Assembly: GCA_001793945.1 (NCBI GenBank)
Contig: MGIW01000004.1
Span: forward strand, 26,843-90,842
Length of the DNA stretch: 64,000 bases
Direction of reading: 5' to 3'
DNA from: Candidatus Wolfebacteria bacterium RIFOXYD12_FULL_48_21
Lineage (GTDB): Bacteria > Patescibacteriota > Minisyncoccia > UBA6257 > UBA9933
Part shown: positions 57,085 through 64,000 of the stretch, piece after piece
How the letters are laid out: each line of letters begins with the position of its first letter
Position numbering within the stretch: the first letter of the stretch is position 1
Made by a program: the position numbers and the translations under genes
The notes under the pieces: generated by a model
The model's database searches: none
Seen by the model: only the letters and a program-made list of their open reading frames with translations
What the model was told of the DNA's origin: nothing

Positions 57085-58158
57085 ATGAAGATTATAGCGC
57101 ACATGGACATGGACGCGTTCTTTGCCTCCATAGAAGAACGGGATAAGCCGTGGCTTCATGGATTGCCAATCGTCATCGGCTCCGACCCGCAGGACGGCAA
57201 AGGAAGGGGAGTGGTCTCGACCGCGAATTACAAGGCGCGCGAATACGGCATCCGATCGGCATTGCCCATATCGACCGCATGGCGCCTGTCCGAAGCGGCC
57301 AAAAAGCAAGGCAAGCCAGGCGCGACATTTATTACGCCAAATATGGAAAAATATGCCGGTGCATCGGAACGGATCATGGCAATAGTGCGTAGGCACGCCG
57401 ACCACATAGAACAAGCAAGTGTCGACGAAGCATACATTGATCTTACACACGCAGGCGGATACGAACAGGCCGAAAAAATCTGCCGCGCAATTAAAAAAGA
57501 AATAATACAAAAGGAATCCCTTACGGCGTCAATCGGCATCGGCCCGAACAAACTCGTAGCAAAGATAGCCTCCGACTTTAACAAGCCGGACGGACTTACC
57601 GTAGTGCGTGAAACGGATGCGGAATCCTTTTTGGAAAAAAATAAACTACGCAAGATCCCGGGCATTGGACCGAAAACCGAGCAAATACTTGCGGCGCATG
57701 GTATCACGACCATCGCGGAACTGAAAAGATACACGCAGCAAGACCTGCACAAGCTGCTCGGAAAGTACGGGCTTGATCTGTATGAAAAGGCGCGCGGACG
57801 GGACGACACGGAACTGGTAGAGGAGTGGACGGCAAAATCGATCAGCGAACAGGAAACATTGCAACAGGACACATTGGCAGGCGATGTTATCATCGCATTG
57901 CTAAAAAAGCTGGCAAAGCAAGTACATGGCCGATTTGAGACAGAGGGCTTCACAGCTTTTAAAACGGTTAGCATCACCGTACGCTTCGAGGGCTTCGAGA
58001 CAAAGACCCGAGCAAAGACATTGCCCGCTCCAACGGCCGACATTGCCGTATTTGAATTTGAAGCGCTTAAATTATTGTTGCCATTTCTTGATCAACGGGA
58101 AAATCCGCATCGCAAGGCAATACGCCTTATCGGCGTAAAGATGGAAAAATTACAGTAA
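57085..58158 (+). CDS. dinB: DNA polymerase IV (Y-family translesion polymerase)
   Basis: IAHMDMDAFFASIE and SIGIGPNKLVAK motifs. Confidence 0.92.
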   Translation: MKIIAHMDMDAFFASIEERDKPWLHGLPIVIGSDPQDGKGRGVVSTANYKAREYGIRSALPISTAWRLSEAAKKQGKPGATFITPNMEKYAGASERIMAIVRRHADHIEQASVDEAYIDLTHAGGYEQAEKICRAIKKEIIQKESLTASIGIGPNKLVAKIASDFNKPDGLTVVRETDAESFLEKNKLRKIPGIGPKTEQILAAHGITTIAELKRYTQQDLHKLLGKYGLDLYEKARGRDDTELVEEWTAKSISEQETLQQDTLAGDVIIALLKKLAKQVHGRFETEGFTAFKTVSITVRFEGFETKTRAKTLPAPTADIAVFEFEALKLLLPFLDQRENPHRKAIRLIGVKMEKLQ

Positions 58159-58187
58159 CAATCAATTTTGAGGTATAATAGACCCAT

Positions 58188-59429
58188 ATGGATCAGGTGC
58201 ACGGTGTTCTTATCCCGATAGCAACGGAAAGGCCGGGAGAAAAACCGGAAGTGAGCAGAAACATCATCGTCATGGGAGTCGTGAGTTTTTTTACCGATGT
58301 TGCATCGGAAATGATATACCCGCTCCTGCCTATTTTTTTAACCGCAACGCTTGGAGCACCCATGACGGTTGTAGGGCTTATGGAAGGCCTTGCCGCCTCT
58401 GCACTCAATGCATTGAAAGTGGTGTCCGGCTGGCTATCAGACCGATACCAGAAAAGAAAGGTGATTGTCTTAGTTGGCTACTCAATATCCGCGCTGGCAA
58501 AATTGGTGATTGCGATGTCGACCGGCTATCAAACGGCCATGTTCGGAAAATTTCTTGATCGCACCGGAAAGGGGACGCGAACCTCTCCGCGCGATGCGCT
58601 TATTGCGGATAGTACCGACGAACACATGCGCGGTCGGGCATTCGGCCTGCATCGGGCGATCGACAATGCGGGCGCCATATTGGGTCCGCTGCTCGCGATC
58701 TACTTGCTGTTCTCGCTGCACATCGACATGCGTGCGATTTTCTATATTGCATTCATTCCCGCGCTGATAGGAGTAGTATGTCTTGCCCTGTTTGTACAAG
58801 ATATTCGCGCAAAGCCGGCAAGTCAGAAAGTGTTTCATTTTAAATTCGCCGACCTAAGTCCCTCGTTTAAGGTTTTTTTGACGATCAGTATCATATTCGC
58901 ATTGGGAAATAGCGCCGATGCGTTTATGATATTGAAAGCACGGGACATGGGCATGTCGATCGAATTTATTCTGTTGCTTTACGCCATGCTCAACCTTACG
59001 CATTCCGCTGTATCATTTCCCGCAGGGATCATCGCGGACAAAATAGGTCCAAAAAAGGTTCTCTTGGTAGGCTTCCTGATATTCGCGTTGGCATATCTTC
59101 TCTTTGGAACGGTCACTGCGCTGTTTTCCCTTTGGTTGCTATTCCCGCTGTTTGGAATATATCGGGGCCTGACCGAAGGAGTTGCGGTCGCATATGTATC
59201 CAATATGGTAAAAGACGAACATACGGCGACGGCAATAGGCTTTTATCAAACAATGACTGGCTTTGCCGTACTGCTTGCCTCGTTGATTGCAGGCATTCTC
59301 TGGGAAAGCGTCGGCCCGATGGCACCGTTCCTGTTCGGCGGAACGATGGCGATCATCGCATCAATAGTATTCATCGTGCTGGAAAAGAAGATTAACCACA
59401 TTTCACTATTCGCAACTACACAACCATGA
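58188..59429 (+). CDS. MFS transporter
   Basis: 12 predicted TM helices; GKFLDRTGKG loop 2-3 motif. Confidence 0.8.
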   Translation: MDQVHGVLIPIATERPGEKPEVSRNIIVMGVVSFFTDVASEMIYPLLPIFLTATLGAPMTVVGLMEGLAASALNALKVVSGWLSDRYQKRKVIVLVGYSISALAKLVIAMSTGYQTAMFGKFLDRTGKGTRTSPRDALIADSTDEHMRGRAFGLHRAIDNAGAILGPLLAIYLLFSLHIDMRAIFYIAFIPALIGVVCLALFVQDIRAKPASQKVFHFKFADLSPSFKVFLTISIIFALGNSADAFMILKARDMGMSIEFILLLYAMLNLTHSAVSFPAGIIADKIGPKKVLLVGFLIFALAYLLFGTVTALFSLWLLFPLFGIYRGLTEGVAVAYVSNMVKDEHTATAIGFYQTMTGFAVLLASLIAGILWESVGPMAPFLFGGTMAIIASIVFIVLEKKINHISLFATTQP

Positions 59430-60655
59430 TCAACGACAAACACCATCTCCATCTGTTTGCAAATACGGAAATGAACGCACTCTATATAACGCTCGGGTTT
59501 TTGGCATTTGCCGAGGGCCTTATCAGCGTATTCGTACCGATCTTTTTTTGGAATCTCGGATTTCCAATGTGGAAGATACTGCTGTTCTATTTTCTGCACT
59601 CAGCGTTATTTTTATTGTTCGCGCTCACATTGTTGCCGGTAATCAAAAAATTAAGCGACAAGATGATGATGTTTCTCAGCATCCCGTTTTTAGTATGCTA
59701 CTTTTTCGGTCTTGGCATGATGAAAACGATCCCGATCCTTTTCTTCGTGTTGCCGATTGCAAGCGCCTTGCACGGGCTCCTGTTCAATATCGGCTATCAT
59801 ATCGATTTTTCGAGCATTGCCAACAAGAAAAAAATAGGGGAAGAGGTGGGCGCTCGATTCGTACTCGGCTCCGTCCTCGCGCTTGCCGCGCCGTTTTTCG
59901 GCGGTGTACTGATCGAAGCGGCGGGTTTTCAAAACACATTCTTTATCGGGAGTACGATTTTGATTGCATCGGTCCTGCCATTGTTCTTTTTCCCAAGACG
60001 CAACCCATCGCCAAACTTGACCGTCAGATCAATCATCCCGTTCTTCAAGGAATCGGAATTGCGTCCATTTACTCTATCAGGGATAGGCTACGCCATAGAA
60101 GCAGTATTTGGCAGGGCAATTTGGCCACTGTTCGTATTCCTCATCATCGGCGACATAAAACAGTTCGGCGGCGTCATCTCGATCGGATTGATCGTGACTG
60201 CGCTCGTGACCTATTTGGTAGGCTATTTGTCCGACTACGGCAAGCGGCGCGATGTCATCACATTGACATCTATTGGCAATGCATTGGTTTGGCTCATCCG
60301 CCCGTTCATAGCGCAAGCGACATCGGTAGTTGGTCTGCATATTGGCGGCAATGCGGTAACCTCAGGCCTTATGGTCGCGTGGACAAGCCAATATTACAAG
60401 ATTACCAAAACAGTTCCCGACGCAACGGCATTTATCATCAGCAGGGAGCTGCTCTATAATGCAGCGCGTGTCATGATCATTCCGATTCTTATGCTTATCG
60501 CATACTATCTCCCGACACGATCGTTCTTCTCTGTCGGTTTCGTAGTAGCAGCATGCGCTTCACTTTTATTTCTCGCAGCAAACAAAACGCATACCCATCT
60601 TTTAATAGAGCCGACAAAGCTCACCCACGACCATGATACAAGTACAGTGGCATAA
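59426..60655 (+). CDS. MFS-like polytopic membrane transporter
   Basis: 10-12 TM helices; start overlaps the upstream stop. Confidence 0.65.
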   Translation: MINDKHHLHLFANTEMNALYITLGFLAFAEGLISVFVPIFFWNLGFPMWKILLFYFLHSALFLLFALTLLPVIKKLSDKMMMFLSIPFLVCYFFGLGMMKTIPILFFVLPIASALHGLLFNIGYHIDFSSIANKKKIGEEVGARFVLGSVLALAAPFFGGVLIEAAGFQNTFFIGSTILIASVLPLFFFPRRNPSPNLTVRSIIPFFKESELRPFTLSGIGYAIEAVFGRAIWPLFVFLIIGDIKQFGGVISIGLIVTALVTYLVGYLSDYGKRRDVITLTSIGNALVWLIRPFIAQATSVVGLHIGGNAVTSGLMVAWTSQYYKITKTVPDATAFIISRELLYNAARVMIIPILMLIAYYLPTRSFFSVGFVVAACASLLFLAANKTHTHLLIEPTKLTHDHDTSTVA

Positions 60656-63311
60656 CCTTACCACCGAAGAACTATACGATATAACCGGCAGCGGCCCCGG
60701 CGGCCTTTCCGATGTCCGCGCCCGCGAGATAACAAAAACAGCGGGGGAAAACAGCATCCCCGAAGGCAGGCGATACTCCCGCGCCAGGCTGTTTGCGGAA
60801 CAATTCAACAATTCCCTCATACTTATTCTGCTTGGCGCGGCCATCATATCATTTTCACTGAATCACATCATTGATGGCATTTTTATGCTGATCGTATTGC
60901 TCGTCAATGGGATCGTCAGCTTTCTGCAGGAAAACAAAGCAAACACATCGTTGCAAGCATTGCGCAAAATGGCGCAAACGATGGCAAGCGTGCTCCGTGC
61001 GGGTAACCGCAAGGAGCTGAACGCCACGGAACTTGTTCCGGGCGATATTATCATTGTAAAAGCGGGTAACAAGGTTCCAGCCGATGCGCGCATCATCGAA
61101 GCGACGCGATTGACCATCAATGAAGCGGCATTGACCGGAGAATGGTCTCCCATAGAAAAATATCCAGACAAGGTCGCAGCCGATGCCCCGGTATTCGAGC
61201 GGCACAACATGGCATTTATGGGCACGACCGTGGAAACGGGCCGGGCCACATTGTTGGTGGTGGCGATCGGCGCGGAAACCGAGTTCGGGAAAATAGCGGT
61301 ATCGCTACGAGAAGCGGAGCGCAGGCCGACTCCATTGCAAAAAAAGATAGCGCACATGTCGCGCATACTAGGGGCCGTCATCAGTGCGATCATCGTGTTT
61401 ATCATCGTGCTCGGCGTCATGCGCGGAGAACCATTTGCGGACATGCTCATTGCTTCGCTTGCCCTTGCCGCGTCTGCGATACCGGAAGGATTGTTACCGG
61501 CCATTACAATCGTATTGGTCATGGGCATGCAGCGCATCCTTAAGGAAAAAGGCCTAGTGCGCAAGCTCGCCGCCACGGAAACGCTCGGCAGCGTGACCGT
61601 TATTTGCACCGATAAAACGGGAACCCTTACCGAAGGAACTATGCAGGTAAGCCATATTTTGACCGCGACGCACGAACTTCCGATCGACGGCCCCGCGGGT
61701 ATGCGCGAAGTGGCTAAGAACGGAGAAAAAGAAGATTCGCACATGACGGCATTGCGCATCGCGGCAATGGTAAATGAAGCATATATAGAAAACCCGCAGG
61801 ATGAACTGCACAAATGGATCGTTCGCGGGACGCCGACCGAACGGGCACTGTTGCTCGCCGCGATTCAAGCAGGTCTCGACCGCAATGAGCTATGGCAAGG
61901 TCGCTGGATCGAAGACATGGCATTGTTCGATTCGGAAACAAAATACGCGGCGACCCTGTTTGGCACTACGGAAGGCACATTTGAGCTATTGGTAATGGGA
62001 GCGGCGGAGCAGTTGACCGCGCTCTCGAACTCGGTGGACAAAAACGGCGAGCATCAACCGATCGGGGAAAAGGAGCGCGAGCGCGTCATTCGTCACATGG
62101 AAATGACGACATCCACTGGCCTGCGCGTCATCGCCTGCGCAAAGAAAACCTTTAAAACATTCCCGGCATACAAAACGGTAGGGGAATTGGTAAACCACCT
62201 TACATTGGTCGGACTGATCGCCATAAAAGATCCGCTCCGCTCCGATGCACGCCATACGGTCAATATCGCAAAAGGGGCAGGTATTCGCACGGTACTGATG
62301 ACTGGCGACCATCGCTTGACCGCACGCACCATCGCAAAAGAAGTCGGCATCCCCTCGGAAGAAACATGTGTCATGGAGGGGTCGGAAATCGACATCGCTA
62401 CAGATGAAGAGCTTCGCGAGATAGCAAAGGGCGTCTGTTTATATGCGCGTGTTTCACCACATCACAAACTGCGCATCGTACGGGCATTGCAACACAACGG
62501 AGAAGTGGTAGCGATGATCGGCGACGGTGTAAATGATGCCCCCGCGCTACAGGCCTCCGACATCGGCATAGCACTTGGTTCGGGAACGGACGCGGCACGG
62601 GAAGCATCCGATATTGTCTTGTTGGACAATAGCCTCAAGACCGTACTGAAAACGATAGAGGAGGGGAGGATCATGTTCAATAACATTCGTAAGATTTTTA
62701 TGTACTTGATCGCGGACAGCTTCGCAGAACTATTTCTGTTCATCGTAACGATCTCGTTTGCCTTGCCTATTCCGCTTTTACCTACGCAACTGCTCTGGAT
62801 CAATGTTGTGGAAGACGGCCTGCCCAATATCGCGCTCACTACCGAACGGGAAAAGCACGGCATCATGCAAGAGCCGCCACGCAACCCTGCAGAGCCGTTT
62901 TTGAACAATCAAATGAAACTATGGATGGCGTTGATCTTCATCATAATGGGAGCGACTGCGATCACCATATACATGACCTTCATGGCACAGACGGGCAATG
63001 TGGCGTTGGCGCGCACCGCCGTATTTGCATTTTCTTGCATCGACTCGTTACTATTCTCATTTAGTGTTCGTTCGCTCAAAACGGGCATGTTTACCCGGAA
63101 CATCTTCGAAAACAGGTTTGTTACGGGAGCTGCCGCCCTCGGACTATTACTGCTGGGTGCCGCGATTTATGCACCGGGAGTCAAGACGATCGTCCGCACG
63201 GTACCGCTCGAACCGATCCATTGGGCTATCATTGGCGGACTTGGCCTTGTTGAAATTACTCTGATCGAGATCGCAAAATATTTCATATTCATCCGCAAAA
63301 AAGCGCAGTAA
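60633..63311 (+). CDS. P-type cation-transporting ATPase (type IIA/IIB, Ca2+/Mg2+-like)
   Basis: TGES-region, ICTDKTGTLT phosphorylation motif, MTGDH, GDGVNDAPAL hinge; 10 TM. Confidence 0.93.
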   Translation: MIQVQWHNLTTEELYDITGSGPGGLSDVRAREITKTAGENSIPEGRRYSRARLFAEQFNNSLILILLGAAIISFSLNHIIDGIFMLIVLLVNGIVSFLQENKANTSLQALRKMAQTMASVLRAGNRKELNATELVPGDIIIVKAGNKVPADARIIEATRLTINEAALTGEWSPIEKYPDKVAADAPVFERHNMAFMGTTVETGRATLLVVAIGAETEFGKIAVSLREAERRPTPLQKKIAHMSRILGAVISAIIVFIIVLGVMRGEPFADMLIASLALAASAIPEGLLPAITIVLVMGMQRILKEKGLVRKLAATETLGSVTVICTDKTGTLTEGTMQVSHILTATHELPIDGPAGMREVAKNGEKEDSHMTALRIAAMVNEAYIENPQDELHKWIVRGTPTERALLLAAIQAGLDRNELWQGRWIEDMALFDSETKYAATLFGTTEGTFELLVMGAAEQLTALSNSVDKNGEHQPIGEKERERVIRHMEMTTSTGLRVIACAKKTFKTFPAYKTVGELVNHLTLVGLIAIKDPLRSDARHTVNIAKGAGIRTVLMTGDHRLTARTIAKEVGIPSEETCVMEGSEIDIATDEELREIAKGVCLYARVSPHHKLRIVRALQHNGEVVAMIGDGVNDAPALQASDIGIALGSGTDAAREASDIVLLDNSLKTVLKTIEEGRIMFNNIRKIFMYLIADSFAELFLFIVTISFALPIPLLPTQLLWINVVEDGLPNIALTTEREKHGIMQEPPRNPAEPFLNNQMKLWMALIFIIMGATAITIYMTFMAQTGNVALARTAVFAFSCIDSLLFSFSVRSLKTGMFTRNIFENRFVTGAAALGLLLLGAAIYAPGVKTIVRTVPLEPIHWAIIGGLGLVEITLIEIAKYFIFIRKKAQ

Positions 63312-63335
63312 TGTTGTTGCCCCATGCTCGCGCAT

Positions 63336-63489
63336 TGACATTCCCGTCCGCCAGCCCTGCCTGCCGGCAGGCAGGGCTGGCGGAGGAATCCGGTGTGCTG
63401 TCATTCCGTGCCAAGCTTGTCCGCCTACTGGCGGAACACGGAATCTCATATACTTACCACGAGATCCTGAATCGAGTTCAGGATGACAC
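63336..63489. repeat. Repeat family copy E (compound), containing a perfect 34-bp palindrome CGCCAGCCCTGCCTGCCGGCAGGCAGGGCTGGCG
   Basis: TGACATTCCCGTCCGCC ... GGCGGAGGAATC ... CTGTCATTCCG ... CAGGATGACAC; palindrome at 63350-63383. Confidence 0.75.
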
Positions 63490-63535
63490 TGCAGGACATT
63501 TGATTTTTCTCTAATTTCCTCCATACTACTAACCT

Positions 63536-64000
63536 ATGATCGAATTCAAGATCAAAAAACGCTCAACCAAAAGCAAAGCCCGCGTTGGCATACTCAAAAC
63601 CTCTCACGGAACCGTAGAAACGCCCGCGTATGTTTCGGTTGCCACACAAGGCGTTATCAAGACCCTGACCTCGGAAGAGGTCGAGGCGACCGGGGCCCAG
63701 CTCCTGATAGCCAATACCTACCACTTGCACATTCGCCCCGGCGAATCGGTGCTTAAAAAGCACGGCGGTTTGCAAAAGTTCATGAACTGGAAGCGGCCAA
63801 TCATGACCGACTCGGGAGGCTTTCAGGTATTTAGCCTTGGTTTTGGCCGCGACTTTCAAACAGGGAAGATACTGAAAAAAGAAAATGAAAATGTCATCGA
63901 GCTCGGACAACAGCCAAAACTGCTCAAGATCACGCCCGAAGGTGTCATGTTTCGCTCATACCACGATGGCAGCGAGATGTTTCTTGGCCCGAAAGAATCC
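63536..64000 (+). CDS. tgt: Queuine tRNA-ribosyltransferase (5' part, runs off the window)
   Basis: Tgt N-terminal block (ETPAYV..AT.G; LIANTYHL; MTDSGGFQ). Confidence 0.9.
   Translation, partial: MIEFKIKKRSTKSKARVGILKTSHGTVETPAYVSVATQGVIKTLTSEEVEATGAQLLIANTYHLHIRPGESVLKKHGGLQKFMNWKRPIMTDSGGFQVFSLGFGRDFQTGKILKKENENVIELGQQPKLLKITPEGVMFRSYHDGSEMFLGPKES

Noticed and set aside
60863-61813. 316-aa minus-strand ORF
   Set aside because: Antisense to the P-type ATPase (DKTGT and other motifs on + strand); alanine/serine-rich shadow ORF.
1-64000. tRNA, rRNA and CRISPR arrays
   Set aside because: No tRNA-like T-arm/acceptor signatures, no rRNA-like conserved blocks, and no regularly spaced short direct repeats with unique spacers. 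The only periodic repeats are coding (Ig modules) or the dispersed MITE-like family.

Overview
This is a 64 kb, about 50% GC, densely coded chromosomal window, mostly on the + strand. It looks like a small-genome, host-dependent bacterium, probably CPR/Patescibacteria (Parcubacteria-like); that placement is inference from gene content, small genes, the promoter motif and the giant surface proteins. Housekeeping genes (msrAB, DEAD-box helicase, truB, prs, obg, typA, dus, tgt, dinB, queH, PPIase, YbaB, a P-type ATPase, a MacAB/FtsX-type exporter) sit among accessory modules. The most interesting unexplained block is 19.2-29.2 kb: a DUF4015 hydrolase-like gene, a 2136-aa repeat-rich surface protein ending in a textbook dockerin, a membrane-anchored protein with an N-terminal cohesin-like domain, and an orphan receiver. 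Together these look like a cellulosome-style cohesin-dockerin anchoring system. Other notable modules are a defence-like operon at 4.9-7.6 kb (membrane NERD nuclease, RNase H with an N-terminal hybrid-binding domain, standalone DUF262) next to a SET-domain gene; two tandem paralogous PAS histidine kinases plus three orphan single-domain receivers; and a UvrD-helicase/Cas4-like-nuclease fusion. Non-coding signals include a highly structured roughly 215-nt RNA candidate that ends 2 nt before the typA start codon, and a terminated roughly 310-nt transcript with two perfect anti-SD-complementary sites and tiny Cys-containing ORFs opposite the obg promoter. There is also a family of at least six dispersed GC-rich MITE/REP-like intergenic repeats (TGTCATYCCGA...GGGATGACA, one with a perfect 34-bp palindrome), and a pervasive TGGTATACT/TATAAT promoter motif placed 6-12 nt from start codons, implying widespread leaderless or short-leader mRNAs. 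I found no rRNA, tRNA or CRISPR array. Product calls rest on motifs I recognised by eye, with no database search.
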